A DNA stretch of 64,000 nucleotides, from assembly GCA_049852185.1 (NCBI GenBank), contig CP187540.1, one strand, 5' to 3'. The stretch is from Methanocaldococcus sp. 28A. GTDB lineage: Archaea; AGJL01; Methanococci; Methanococcales; Methanocaldococcaceae. The notes under the pieces were generated by a model. It was not told the origin of the DNA. It was given only the letters and a program-made list of their open reading frames with translations, and searched no databases. Below, piece after piece: positions 1-9,438 of the stretch (positions within the stretch are counted from its first letter, which is position 1; each line of letters starts with the position of its first letter). Made by a program: the position numbers and the translations under genes.

Positions 1-889
1 AAGATGTAAAACCTCAGATAAAAAGATAGCTGTTGATTTTGCAAATGGAGCTACAACAATAGCTGAGAAAGAAATTTTAAATGAGTTGTTTGATAATGCC
101 ATCTTTATAAATGATTATCCTGAAGGCTCTTTTCCTGCTCATCAGCCAGATACCTTAAAGATGGAATGCTTAAAAGATATAATAAAAGCAGTTAAAGAAA
201 ATAACTGTGATTTAGGTTTAATTTTTGATGGAGATGGAGATAGATTAGGAATTGTTGACGAAAATGGGAATGTTTTAAGAGGGGATATATTAACAGCCAT
301 AATGGCTGAAGAGATTTTAAAAGAAAAGCCAAAAGCTAAGATAGTTTATGATTTAAGATGTTCTAAAATAGTTCCAGAAATTATTGAGAAATATGGAGGA
401 ATACCAATAAAAAGTAGAGTTGGACACTATTTCATTAAAAAGTTAATGCATGAAATTGATGCTGAATTTGCTGGAGAGCTAAGTAATCATTTTTACTTTA
501 AAGAAATTGGTTATTTTGAGAGTCCATTGTTAGCCTTAAACTATATTTTAAAAGCTATGGATGATAACCATAAAAAGCTATCTGAGCTAAATAAGGAATT
601 TAATAAATATCCTCACAGTGGAGAGATAAACTTCAAAGTCAAAGACCAGAAATACATCATGGAAAAAATAAAGGAGCATTTTAAAGATTGTAAAATTGAA
701 GAGTTGGATGGAATATCTATTTATTGTAAAAACTTCTGGTTTAATTTAAGACCTTCAAATACTGAGCCGTTGTTAAGATTAAACTTAGAAGCAGATGATG
801 AGAAAACAATGAGAGAGAAAGTTGAAGAGATTAAAAAATTAATTGCAGAGTTTGATAAATCTTTAGAATATAGTTGTGTGCAAAAGTAA
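1..889 (+). CDS. Phosphomannomutase/phosphoglucomutase, 5'-truncated by the window edge
   Basis: Frame is open from position 2 (..IAVDFANGA..). Metal loop DGDGDR, GELSNH and C-terminal LRPSNTEP motifs. The last codons (YSCVQK*) come from a palindromic repeat. Confidence 0.92.
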   Translation, partial: RCKTSDKKIAVDFANGATTIAEKEILNELFDNAIFINDYPEGSFPAHQPDTLKMECLKDIIKAVKENNCDLGLIFDGDGDRLGIVDENGNVLRGDILTAIMAEEILKEKPKAKIVYDLRCSKIVPEIIEKYGGIPIKSRVGHYFIKKLMHEIDAEFAGELSNHFYFKEIGYFESPLLALNYILKAMDDNHKKLSELNKEFNKYPHSGEINFKVKDQKYIMEKIKEHFKDCKIEELDGISIYCKNFWFNLRPSNTEPLLRLNLEADDEKTMREKVEEIKKLIAEFDKSLEYSCVQK

Positions 890-981
890 TTATAGTAAAT
901 AAGGTATTAACGAATGCCTTCCTTATGGAAGGCATTCAAATTATCCTTTTTAAAGTTTATTTCATTTTGCACACAACTATA
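869..981. repeat. Palindromic MITE-like repeat, family A
   Basis: Terminal inverted repeat TATAGTTGTGTGCAAAA...TTTTGCACACAACTATA with internal hairpin GAATGCCTTCC-TTAT-GGAAGGCATTC. Near-identical copy at 33882-33995. Confidence 0.9.
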
Positions 982-1023
982 ATAACTTTTCTAATTTTTA
1001 TGGTTGTGTCTTTATCATACACT

Positions 1024-1042
1024 AAACCAAAATTTTTATATA
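1024..1042 (+). promoter_or_regulatory. BRE/TATA promoter of tRNA-iMet
   Basis: AAACCAAAATTTTTATATA about 45 nt upstream of the mature tRNA. Confidence 0.6.
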
Positions 1043-1086
1043 TTAGTTTGTAAGTATAGTAACTTTGCTTGTTTTAGATTGGAAGA

Positions 1087-1165
1087 AGCGGGGTAGGGTA
1101 GCCAGGTCCATCCCGCCGGGCTCATAACCCGGAGATCGGAGGTTCAAATCCTCCCCCCGCTACCA
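1087..1165 (+). tRNA. Initiator tRNA-Met (CAT), CCA encoded
   Basis: AGCGGGG...CCCCGCT-A-CCA acceptor with A1:U72, anticodon arm CCGGG-CTCATAA-CCCGG with three consecutive G-C pairs, T-loop TTCAAAT, followed by a T-tract. Confidence 0.97.
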
Positions 1166-1231
1166 TTTATTTTTTATTTTACAACCTTATATTTATTTAG
1201 TTAAATATATAAATATAGAATTCAATAAAGT

Positions 1232-1305
1232 AAATGTTCCCCCCGTATCCTACCCTCTCTCATCCATAGCACAGCTTAGTCGAGAGCGTGGGCCTCGGGG
1301 GGACT
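1232..1305 (-). ncRNA. Candidate single-hairpin archaeal H/ACA pseudouridylation guide RNA
   Basis: GC-rich island. Minus strand: lower stem UCCCCCCG/CGGGGGGA directly followed by ACA, an internal pocket, upper stem CUCUC/GAGAG, and a GA...GAUGA K-turn-like motif. Confidence 0.75.
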
Positions 1306-1338
1306 ATATTTCATTTTGTATTTTTTTATATAAATAAT

Positions 1339-2268
1339 TTATTCCAATGTTCCTACTCCAAGTATTCTTATCTTTGCACTACCATCAATTAAACATAATT
1401 TATCTCCAACATCATAAGCAATTTCCTTTTGTAGAGAAAGATTTATCTTGTTGTTATTTACTTCTTCAACAACACATGAAACACTTTGCAAACCAACAAT
1501 TATTTGGTAGTTTTCTCCTTCTTTTACAGTTTTTTGAATAAATGGATTCCAATTAACGTTGATTTCAACATCTTTAGCAACCTTTAACTCACCATTTGAT
1601 AGTATCATTCCTCTATCCAACTCATCTGTAGTTATTCCTTTTAAAGCTAAACCTACTCTATTTCCTGCTTTTGCCTCTTTAAAATCATTATCATGTATTT
1701 GAATACTTCTAACCATAACAGTTTTGTCTGTTGGATATACTCTTAAATTATCATGAACCTTGACAGTTCCAGTTTCAACTTTTCCTAATATAACTGTTCC
1801 TACACTTCTAACTGTAAAGTAGTGGTCTATAGGAATTTTGACAATTCCCTCATAATCTCTATCTACATTTAGATTAACCATTTTTTCTCTAATGTTTATA
1901 AAATCTTTCTCTAAGATTTCAAAATCCTTCATTGATGTTTGAGATATGATATTTTTCAACGTGTCTAAATCAACATAATCTCCAACAACAAAAGCTCCTC
2001 TATTTATTCCAAACATGTCCAATGCTAAAAGAGTTTCTCCTAACTCTCCTGTAATCTCATCTATAAAAACTAAAGCATAATCCATCATATTTATTGCATA
2101 TATTAATGGGTTTATTTTGTCTGGGTATCTTGTAGGCTCTACATAACAAATAGCTTTATTCCCTTGCTTGTAGTTATATAATGTTATATCTGTTGAAGTT
2201 CCTTTTTTTCCTAACTCTTTTCCAACTCCTTCAATATGTCCAAATAATCCTACGGTCAAACCTTCCAT
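1339..2268 (-). CDS. SelB-like / EF-Tu domain II-III protein with degenerate G domain (aSelBL type)
   Basis: LGKKGTSTDIT degenerate P-loop region; IDHYFTVRSVGTVILG and VRSIQ..RVGLALKG EF-Tu domain II motifs. Confidence 0.85.
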   Translation of the reverse strand: MEGLTVGLFGHIEGVGKELGKKGTSTDITLYNYKQGNKAICYVEPTRYPDKINPLIYAINMMDYALVFIDEITGELGETLLALDMFGINRGAFVVGDYVDLDTLKNIISQTSMKDFEILEKDFINIREKMVNLNVDRDYEGIVKIPIDHYFTVRSVGTVILGKVETGTVKVHDNLRVYPTDKTVMVRSIQIHDNDFKEAKAGNRVGLALKGITTDELDRGMILSNGELKVAKDVEINVNWNPFIQKTVKEGENYQIIVGLQSVSCVVEEVNNNKINLSLQKEIAYDVGDKLCLIDGSAKIRILGVGTLE

Positions 2269-2294
2269 TTAATCACCATAATTAATATTATTAG

Positions 2295-2790
2295 TGTGTA
2301 TCTTGGAAATATTTCGCACCTTAATAATAAATAGGACTTTCGCATTTTATATAATTAAATAAGGAAAAAATGATGCCAAAGGCCTCAAAGTTCATAAATA
2401 TTATTTATACCTACGAAAGTCCTAATAAATAAAGAATATAAACAAAAATTCCTCATATGAAAGACGCAAAACTTAACGACAAAAAGATTAAGAAAATTAT
2501 TAGAGGAAAAAGAATTTAGAACGAAAGATATTACTAAGAAGTTGGAAATTACTCATAGCGTTCAGTAGATATGGAAGATATCAGGAGATTTTGAAAATCC
2601 CGAAGATAATGAGCAAATCTCAAAAGCCAAAGGACGTATCGAAATAAGAAATAGATATTGATCCTTAAAGCATTTAAAATATGCAGGAGTCTGGTTAATT
2701 TAGAGCATTATTAATATTAACTATAATTTAACTATAATTTCATATCTCACATAACCGTATATATAATATACTTACAAAGAGAAGAAATAT
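2295..2790 (+). pseudogene. IS481-family transposase remnant (N-terminal HTH region)
   Basis: TGT-starting end TGTGTATCTTGGAAATATTTCGC. ATG at 2457 reads MKDAKLNDKKIKKIIR, then frameshifted segments ..VQ*IWK.. and ..HISHNRIYNIL resembling archaeal IS481 transposases. Stops and frameshifts throughout. Confidence 0.65.
2332..2424. repeat. Palindromic MITE-like repeat, family B
   Basis: TAGGACTTTCGCA...TACGAAAGTCCTA ends with an internal TGATGCC-AAA-GGCCTCA hairpin. Confidence 0.85.
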
Positions 2791-2901
2791 TATATATAAT
2801 AATTTATATATAATAATACACTCAAGAAAAAGATTCTCGGAGGATATATCAGGATATAATATTGAACACTATGAGAATCTCTGATAGACATTCTCAAAAA
2901 T

Positions 2902-3000
2902 TGTAAGACTTTCGCACTTATTATATTTAAGCAAGAAAAATAAATAATGCCAAAGGTATCAAAAATTCTTTACAATATTTGCTTATGTGAAAATCTTACA
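2902..3000. repeat. Family B repeat, diverged
   Basis: TGTAAGACTTTCGCA...TGTGAAAATCTTACA with internal ATGCCAAAGGTAT. Confidence 0.75.
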
Positions 3001-3274
3001 TAGAAAACCTTAGATAGATAATAAAGAGGTGGAATATAGATTAGATAGAGTTAATAGTTTAAAAGTGTTCATAGATTAAATGAAATCACTGATATGATTT
3101 CGTAGCTCTTCGCTAAGCTCAGAATTGTATAATAATATAAAACTTATCGTTCTTTGATAACTTCTTATAGGGTTTATTTTAAAAACTGTGATAAAATTTT
3201 TAACACATAGTTATATAGGAAAATCATGTATAACTTACAAGTTAATTTATAAGTTAAATTTTGAGGGGATATCA

Positions 3275-3640
3275 ATGAAAGTTAAAGAAATTATGAATAG
3301 GGATTTCATAAAAATCTCTCCAAATGATATTGGAGGAGATGTGGTTCAATTACTATATAAAGAAAGAAAATATTATGCTCCAGTTGTAGAAGAAGGTAAA
3401 TTGGTAGGATGGATAACTGCTTTAGATTTACTTGCAGGATGCAAGCATTCAAAAATTGAAGATTTAATGTTGTTTATTGATGAAATAAAAGTTTTAAAAG
3501 AAGAAGATGAACTAACAGAAAAAATGATAGAAGAAATGATTAAAAATGAAGAAATTGCTTATCCGGTTGTCAATGAAAACGATGAAGTTGTAGGAACATT
3601 GAGTGTTTTTGACATATTAGTAAGATTTTCGCAGAAATAA
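3275..3640 (+). CDS. CBS-pair domain protein
   Basis: MKVKEIM, PVVEEGKLVGWIT and PVVNENDEVVGTLS. Start moved from 3188 to the ATG after GAGGGG. Confidence 0.88.
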   Translation: MKVKEIMNRDFIKISPNDIGGDVVQLLYKERKYYAPVVEEGKLVGWITALDLLAGCKHSKIEDLMLFIDEIKVLKEEDELTEKMIEEMIKNEEIAYPVVNENDEVVGTLSVFDILVRFSQK

Positions 3641-3839
3641 ATCTTTAAAGAAATATTTGGAACCTTTGGAATTATATTTTCCTTCATTAAGTACATAATG
3701 TGCGAAAGTCATATTAAAATATAATCTAACTTTTTTTAAAAATTTTTTTAATTTTTTCGAAATTCGTATATTTTTTAAGAAATTTATGCGAAAAAATGAC
3801 GGATAAAATTATTATTTACCTTTAATTATAGACATATAG

Positions 3840-3899
3840 TATAGAACTTTTGCGGTTTATATATTCATTTAAAAAATTTATTCCTGCGAAAGTCCTATA
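3840..3899. repeat. Short family B repeat (a partial copy also ends near 3712)
   Basis: TATAGAACTTTTGCG...TGCGAAAGTCCTATA; TGCGAAAGTC at 3701-3710. Confidence 0.7.
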
Positions 3900-4004
3900 G
3901 TATATACTTTAGTTGTGTTTGTAAATGACATAAGCTAACAATAAATTGAGTTTTATAAACTTAATTTGATTTTTTACAACTCATTAAGTTTTAAAGGTGA
4001 TATA

Positions 4005-4586
4005 TTGCATATCTACATAAAATTGAATAAAGAAATGAGTGAAATTTTTAAAGAAATTATGGTGGATAAAGAAGATAATAGTTTGTCAAATGATGATGAA
4101 TTAGTTAATGAAGTAGTTGAACATTTAAAGAAGGGATTTGACAAAGAAAAAATGACATTTGATGAAAAGAAATATACTGACAGAAAAATTAAAGAATTTA
4201 TTCCATTAGAGTTTTTTAGAGTTATGATATACATTGTTATAAAGAAAATTAAAGAAAGAGGTTCTGAAATAACGCTATACGAGATGGGATATGAATTTGG
4301 AAAATTTTTAGAACCAAAAAATATTAGAGAATTAAAAACATTCTTTAGAAAAAATAATTTAGGAATTTTAGAAATTGAAAGTAGAAAACCATTTATTTTA
4401 AAAGTGAGAGAGTGTGCAATGTGTGGAGGTTTAGATATTGATGAACCAATCTGTCATTTTGATGCTGGTCTAATAGCTGGAGCAATGGAATGCATATTAA
4501 AAAAAACGGTTGTGGTTGATGAAATAAAATGTATGGCTCAGGGGGCTGATGCATGTTATTTCAAAGTTGAAGTTGTAAAAGATTAA
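4005..4586 (+). CDS. V4R (4-vinyl reductase) domain protein
   Basis: ECAMC, PICHFDAGLIAG, E.KCMAQGADAC.F. Probable TTG start after GGTGA. Confidence 0.85.
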   Translation: MHIYIKLNKEMSEIFKEIMVDKEDNSLSNDDELVNEVVEHLKKGFDKEKMTFDEKKYTDRKIKEFIPLEFFRVMIYIVIKKIKERGSEITLYEMGYEFGKFLEPKNIRELKTFFRKNNLGILEIESRKPFILKVRECAMCGGLDIDEPICHFDAGLIAGAMECILKKTVVVDEIKCMAQGADACYFKVEVVKD

Positions 4587-4613
4587 AATTCTAAATATGA
4601 ATTATAGTTTATA

Positions 4614-4649
4614 TCCGTAATACGAACATCGAACCGTAAATGTAATATA
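4614..4649 (+). promoter_or_regulatory. fprA promoter with candidate Ptr2 sites
   Basis: Two overlapping CG-N5-CG cores (TCCGTAATACGAA, ACGAACATCGAA) just upstream of a TATA-like element; they resemble the Ptr2 consensus GGACGATTTTCGTCC. Confidence 0.55.
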
Positions 4650-4723
4650 CCTAATGTAGAATAAATATTATTGCAAAATCTAAAGAATAAAAGTTGAAGA
4701 TTAATTATTAGTGGGTGAAATAT

Positions 4724-5965
4724 ATGAAAGCTGATGCAATTAAAATAGCAGATGGAGTATATTGGGTGGGAGTTTTAGATTGGGATATTAGAAAATACCA
4801 CGGATATACATTAAAAGGAACAACATACAACGCATACTTAGTATTTGGAGATGAAAAAGTTGCTATAATAGATAACACATATCCAGGAACCTCTGCTCAA
4901 ATGTGGGGAAGAATAAAAGATGCATTTGAAAAAGAAGGAAGAGAATTTAAAATTGATGTAATTGTTCAAAACCACGTAGAAAAAGACCACAGTGGGGCTT
5001 TACCAGAAATTCACAAAAAATTCCCAGAGGCTCCAATATACTGTACTGAAGTAGCAGTTGAAGGTTTGAAAAAGCACTATCCATCATTAAAGAATGCACC
5101 ATTCAAAGTAGTTAAATCATTAGATACTGTTGATTTAGGAGGTAAAACTTTAACTTTCTTAGAAGCTCCTTTATTGCACTGGCCAGACAGTATGTTTACC
5201 TTCTATAACGAAGGAGGAATTTTATTCTCAAACGATGCATTTGGACAGCACTTATGCTTCCCAGCACATAAGAGATTTGACACAGATATTCCAGAATACA
5301 TATTAATGGATGCAAATCAAAAGTTCTACGCAAACTTAATTACTCCATTATCAAAACTCGTCTTGAAGAAATTTGAAGAAGTTATTAATTTAGGATTATT
5401 AGAAAAGATAAAAATGATTGCTCCATCACATGGGCAAATATGGACAGACCCAATGAAAGTTATCAAAGCTTATCAAGACTTTGCTACTGGTAAAGCAGCT
5501 AAAGATAAGGCAGTTATTATCTATGATACAATGCACTATTCAACACAAAAAATGGCTCATGCATTTGCAGAAGGTTTAATGAGTGAAGGGATTGACGTAG
5601 TAATGTATTTCTTACATGAAGATGAGAGAAGTGAAATTGTTAAAGATATATTAGATGCTAAGGCAGTTCTCTTTGGAATTCCAACAATATATGATGAACC
5701 ATATCCATCAATTGGAGATATTGTATATTACTTGAGAGGACTGAAATTTAACAGAACAGGATTTAAGAGATTAGCAGTAGTATTTGGTTCAATGGGAGGT
5801 AATGGTGGAGCTGTTAAAATATTATCTGAAGAAATTGCAAAATGTGGATTTGAAGTTGTCAATCAATATGAACTCTACTATGTTCCAACAGAAGATGAAC
5901 TAACAAACTGCTACAACATGGGTAAAGAATTAGCTAAGAAGATTAAAGAAATGAAGATTGAATAA
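4724..5965 (+). CDS. fprA: Flavodiiron protein FprA (F420H2 oxidase type)
   Basis: [31 protein letters not shown] and PSHG di-iron motifs; C-terminal flavodoxin (YDTMHYST). Confidence 0.95.
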   Translation: MKADAIKIADGVYWVGVLDWDIRKYHGYTLKGTTYNAYLVFGDEKVAIIDNTYPGTSAQMWGRIKDAFEKEGREFKIDVIVQNHVEKDHSGALPEIHKKFPEAPIYCTEVAVEGLKKHYPSLKNAPFKVVKSLDTVDLGGKTLTFLEAPLLHWPDSMFTFYNEGGILFSNDAFGQHLCFPAHKRFDTDIPEYILMDANQKFYANLITPLSKLVLKKFEEVINLGLLEKIKMIAPSHGQIWTDPMKVIKAYQDFATGKAAKDKAVIIYDTMHYSTQKMAHAFAEGLMSEGIDVVMYFLHEDERSEIVKDILDAKAVLFGIPTIYDEPYPSIGDIVYYLRGLKFNRTGFKRLAVVFGSMGGNGGAVKILSEEIAKCGFEVVNQYELYYVPTEDELTNCYNMGKELAKKIKEMKIE

Positions 5966-6114
5966 ATTTTCCATCTTTTTGTTTTTTTATTTTAATTTTT
6001 TATTTTTAGACTTTATTATTTATGTATTTAAATATATAAACTAATAATATTAAAATTATTAATAATATCATAAGGAAAATTAGAAGATATGAAAAACGAA
6101 ATATCTATATGGGA

Positions 6115-6210
6115 TAAATTTAGAACCAATTAATCAAATATTGATTGAATTTCGAACCATTAATGTTATATAATTTTCATATGTAAGTTATTATTACACA
6201 ATTAAAAAAT
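6115..6210 (+). promoter_or_regulatory. Hemerythrin promoter (duplicate of the rubrerythrin promoter)
   Basis: TTCGAACCATTAATGTTATATAA with a Ptr2-like site next to BRE/TATA; aligns with 6746-6841. Confidence 0.65.
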
Positions 6211-6307
6211 GAATATTTTAAACTAATATCCAAATTTCGATATCTACATGACATATTAATTAAATATTAATTTTAATAAGTTGTAAAAAGTTATGTTGGT
6301 GTATAAT

Positions 6308-6748
6308 ATGAAAGAGATAATTAAATGGAGTAAGGATTTTGAGACAGGAATTAAAGCTTTTGATGATGAGCATAAATTTTTGGTAAATACATTAAATGAA
6401 ATTTATACTTTGTTGGAAGAAGGCAAAAAGGAAGAAGCAAAAGAATTATTAAAGAGAAGAGTAATTAATTATGCTGCAAAGCACTTTAAGCATGAAGAGG
6501 AGGTTATGGAAAAATATGGATATCCTAACTTAGAGAGACATAGAAAAACTCATGAAATATTTGTTAAAACAGTTATTGAAAAATTACTCCCAAAAATTGA
6601 AGAAGGTTCAGAAAATGATTTTAGAAGTGCTTTATCTTTTTTAGTAGGGTGGCTTACAATGCACATAGCAAAACCAGATAAAGATTATGGAAGGTGGTTT
6701 AAGGAGAAAGGTATTATTATCGAAGATGAAATGGTTAGTATTGATTAA
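6308..6748 (+). CDS. Single-domain bacteriohemerythrin
   Basis: W...FETGI..FDDEH, HFKHEE..M, H...H, WL..HI...D hemerythrin signature. Confidence 0.92.
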   Translation: MKEIIKWSKDFETGIKAFDDEHKFLVNTLNEIYTLLEEGKKEEAKELLKRRVINYAAKHFKHEEEVMEKYGYPNLERHRKTHEIFVKTVIEKLLPKIEEGSENDFRSALSFLVGWLTMHIAKPDKDYGRWFKEKGIIIEDEMVSID

Positions 6749-6841
6749 ATTTAGAACTAATTTATCAGATATATTTCAAACTTCGAACCATTAATATTAT
6801 ATAACGTAATTGCATACTATTATTATATAAAATTAAAAAAT
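6746..6841 (+). promoter_or_regulatory. Rubrerythrin promoter with candidate Ptr2 site
   Basis: TTCAAACTTCGAACCATTAATATTATATAA. Confidence 0.65.
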
Positions 6842-6859
6842 AAAAATTAAGGTGAGATA

Positions 6860-7285
6860 ATGGAATTGGAGTTAATAAATGAACACAAAATAGGAGTAAC
6901 AAAAGGAACAGAATTGGAGAAAGAAGTTCAAGCAAACTTTGAAGGGGAGTGTAAGGAAGTTGGTTTATACTTAGCTATGGCAAGACAAGCTCAGAGGGAG
7001 GGGTTACCAGAAGTCGCTGAAGTTTTAAGAAGAATTGCTATGGAAGAAGCAGAGCACGCAGCACACTTTGCAGAAATGAACGGAATAATTTCAGAGAATT
7101 TAAAAGAGAACATTGAAATGATGTTAAAAGGAGAATGCATGGCAAACAAAGAGAAAAAAGCTGCTGCAACAAAGGCAAAAGAATTAGGTATTGACCCAGC
7201 TCATGACTTCTTTGATGAATCAAGTAGAGATGAAGCAAGACATGCAAGAATGTTAAAAGGAATCTTAGACAGATACTTTAAATAA
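6860..7285 (+). CDS. Rubrerythrin-like ferritin-fold di-iron protein without rubredoxin domain
   Basis: FEGEC.EVG.Y, EEAEHA, E...DEARH. Confidence 0.9.
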   Translation: MELELINEHKIGVTKGTELEKEVQANFEGECKEVGLYLAMARQAQREGLPEVAEVLRRIAMEEAEHAAHFAEMNGIISENLKENIEMMLKGECMANKEKKAAATKAKELGIDPAHDFFDESSRDEARHARMLKGILDRYFK

Positions 7286-7348
7286 ATCTTCTTAATTCTA
7301 TTTTTGACTTTAATATTATTTTAAATTTTTTATTTTTAAACTTTTAAA

Positions 7349-7771
7349 TTATTTTAACTGCTCTAAAATAATAGCTGGGCAAATCTTTTTTATACCTTCA
7401 ATTTTTCCAATCTTATTGAAAATTAAATCTGAAAATTCTTTTCCATCTTTAGCCCAAATTTCAGCCATAATCATGTGGTCTCCTGTTGATGTAAATACTT
7501 TTTTAACTTCTTCAAAGTTACAAAGTTCTTTAGCAACACTCAGAAATTTATCAGGCTCAGTATCAAACCCTGTTAAAGCTACGACGTTATATCCAATTTT
7601 TGAGGGATTTATTATTGCAGTGTATCCTTTAATAACTCCCTCTTCTTCTAATTTTTTAACTCTTTTTCTTATAGAACTTTCACTTGTTCCTAATTCCCTT
7701 GCTATATCAGTATATGATTTTCTTCCATCTTTCATAAGAATCTCGATAATTTTTAAATCCTTTTCATCCAT
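7349..7771 (-). CDS. ptr2: Lrp/AsnC-family transcriptional regulator Ptr2
   Basis: HTH plus RAM domain; the sequence closely matches my recollection of M. jannaschii Ptr2 and sits in the same oxidative-stress context. Confidence 0.85.
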   Translation of the reverse strand: MDEKDLKIIEILMKDGRKSYTDIARELGTSESSIRKRVKKLEEEGVIKGYTAIINPSKIGYNVVALTGFDTEPDKFLSVAKELCNFEEVKKVFTSTGDHMIMAEIWAKDGKEFSDLIFNKIGKIEGIKKICPAIILEQLK

Positions 7772-7778
7772 ACTATCA

Positions 7779-7789
7779 CCGAATTTCGG
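7779..7789. promoter_or_regulatory. Candidate Ptr2 operator between ptr2 and ferredoxin
   Basis: CCGAATTTCGG palindrome overlapping the ptr2 GGTGA ribosome-binding site. Confidence 0.55.
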
Positions 7790-7850
7790 ATGATTAATGA
7801 TATTAATTATAACATGATTTAATAATATATAAAAATTTTGGAGGAATAAA

Positions 7851-8069
7851 ATGGCTGTTGAAATTATTGTAAATAAAGAAAAATGTATTGGATGTGGAAG
7901 ATGCTATGATGTATGCCCAAAAGGTCCTCTTATTTGGACAAAAGATGAAAATGGAAAATACTATGCTTATGATGTTGAATACTGCCACAACTGCAAGTTT
8001 TGTGCAGGTAGATGCCCAACAAATGCTATATTAATTAAAGTAGTTAAGCCAAAAAATAATAAAAATTAA
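7851..8069 (+). CDS. 2[4Fe-4S] ferredoxin
   Basis: Two CxxCxxCxxxCP motifs. Confidence 0.95.
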   Translation: MAVEIIVNKEKCIGCGRCYDVCPKGPLIWTKDENGKYYAYDVEYCHNCKFCAGRCPTNAILIKVVKPKNNKN

Positions 8070-9259
8070 TTTATCTCAGCAAATACTTCATCAAATGCAT
8101 TAGTTAAGGCGTCAATATGCTCTTTTTCTACAATTAATGGTGGTAAAAATCTCAAAACTACATCAGAAGTGCAATTAATTAGAAATCCTTTCTCAAGCAT
8201 TTTTTTAACGATTTCAGCTCCATTAAATTCAAGTTCAGAACCAATCATTAAACCTAACCCTCTTACTTCTTTTATAAAGTTATACTTTTCCCTAAGAGTT
8301 TCGAGTTTTCGAATGAAATATTTTCCTTTTTCTATAACTTTATCATCTTTAATAAGCTCTTCTATAACCTCAATTGATGCTAATGCAGCTGAGCAAGCTA
8401 AAGGATTTCCACCAAAGGTTGTTCCATGGTCTCCATAACTTAAAGCATTTGCTATCTCTTCTTTTAAAACAACAGCCCCTATTGGAACTCCTCCTCCAAG
8501 AGCTTTTGCCAATGTTAAGATGTCTGGCTTTACATCATAATGCTCATAGGCAAACATCTTTCCAGTTCTTCCCATTCCACACTGCACTTCATCAAAGATT
8601 AAAATAATATTTTTATCATCACATAAATCTCTAACAGCTTTTAAATAATCTTTATCAGCAACATGAATTCCTCCCTCTCCTTGAACAGGTTCAATTATTA
8701 TAGCACATGTTTTGTTTGTTATACTTTCTTTCAACGCCTCTATATCATTGAAAGGCACGTATTTAAAACCTTGTGGTAATGGATGAAAGCCCTCTTGATA
8801 CTTTGGTTTTGGTGTTGCCGCCAATGTTGTTAAAGTTCTTCCATGGAATGCGTTATACATACTGATAATTTCTCCGCCATCTTTTCCTAATATTTTTGAT
8901 GCATACTTTCTTGCAAATTTTATGGCACCTTCATTTGCCTCAGCTCCGCTGTTGCAAAAAAATGCCTTATCTAAGCCACTTAACTCAACCAACTTTTTAG
9001 CTAATTTTATTTGTGGGATTGAGTAATATATGTTGGATGTATGGATTAATGTTTCAGCTTGGCTTTTTATAGCTTCAACAACCTTTGGATGACAATGACC
9101 TACATTATTAACTCCAATTCCTGATAAAAAGTCAAGATATTTTTTTCCATTGATATCATAAACCTCCATTCCTTTACCTTCAACTAAAACAACTGGTAAT
9201 CTTCCATAAATTTGGAGATGATATTTTTTTTCTAACTCTATAATTTCCTCTGTGTCCAT
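8066..9259 (-). CDS. argD: Acetylornithine aminotransferase
   Basis: SGAEANE, FHGRT, EPVQGEGG, DEVQ.G.GRTG, AKALGGG, HGTTFGGNP. Confidence 0.93.
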   Translation of the reverse strand: MDTEEIIELEKKYHLQIYGRLPVVLVEGKGMEVYDINGKKYLDFLSGIGVNNVGHCHPKVVEAIKSQAETLIHTSNIYYSIPQIKLAKKLVELSGLDKAFFCNSGAEANEGAIKFARKYASKILGKDGGEIISMYNAFHGRTLTTLAATPKPKYQEGFHPLPQGFKYVPFNDIEALKESITNKTCAIIIEPVQGEGGIHVADKDYLKAVRDLCDDKNIILIFDEVQCGMGRTGKMFAYEHYDVKPDILTLAKALGGGVPIGAVVLKEEIANALSYGDHGTTFGGNPLACSAALASIEVIEELIKDDKVIEKGKYFIRKLETLREKYNFIKEVRGLGLMIGSELEFNGAEIVKKMLEKGFLINCTSDVVLRFLPPLIVEKEHIDALTNAFDEVFAEIN

Positions 9260-9288
9260 AGCATCCCTCCTGATAAATGATTAAGTAT

Positions 9289-9345
9289 TGGACTTTCGCA
9301 GTATATATTAAATTGTTAGAATTTAGACTCCTTTAGGAGTCTATG
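9289..9345. repeat. Partial family B repeat
   Basis: GGACTTTCGCA end plus hairpin TAGACTCC-TTTA-GGAGTCTA; the right end is missing. Confidence 0.65.
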
Positions 9346-9438
9346 TTCAATAAATATAATAAGTAAATATTTTAAAAGAGTTTGTAGTATTATTACTTTT
9401 GCTAAGGTAAATATAATTAATTACAAGAAGGTGATAAT

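Noticed and set aside
1087-1165. tRNA used as an integration site (att duplication)
   Set aside because: I saw no second copy of the tRNA 3' end and no integrase in the window.
1232-1305. SECIS element downstream of a SelB-like gene
   Set aside because: The upstream ORF has no in-frame UGA, and the hairpin lacks the archaeal GAA/A SECIS core. The ACA tail and K-turn fit an H/ACA RNA better.
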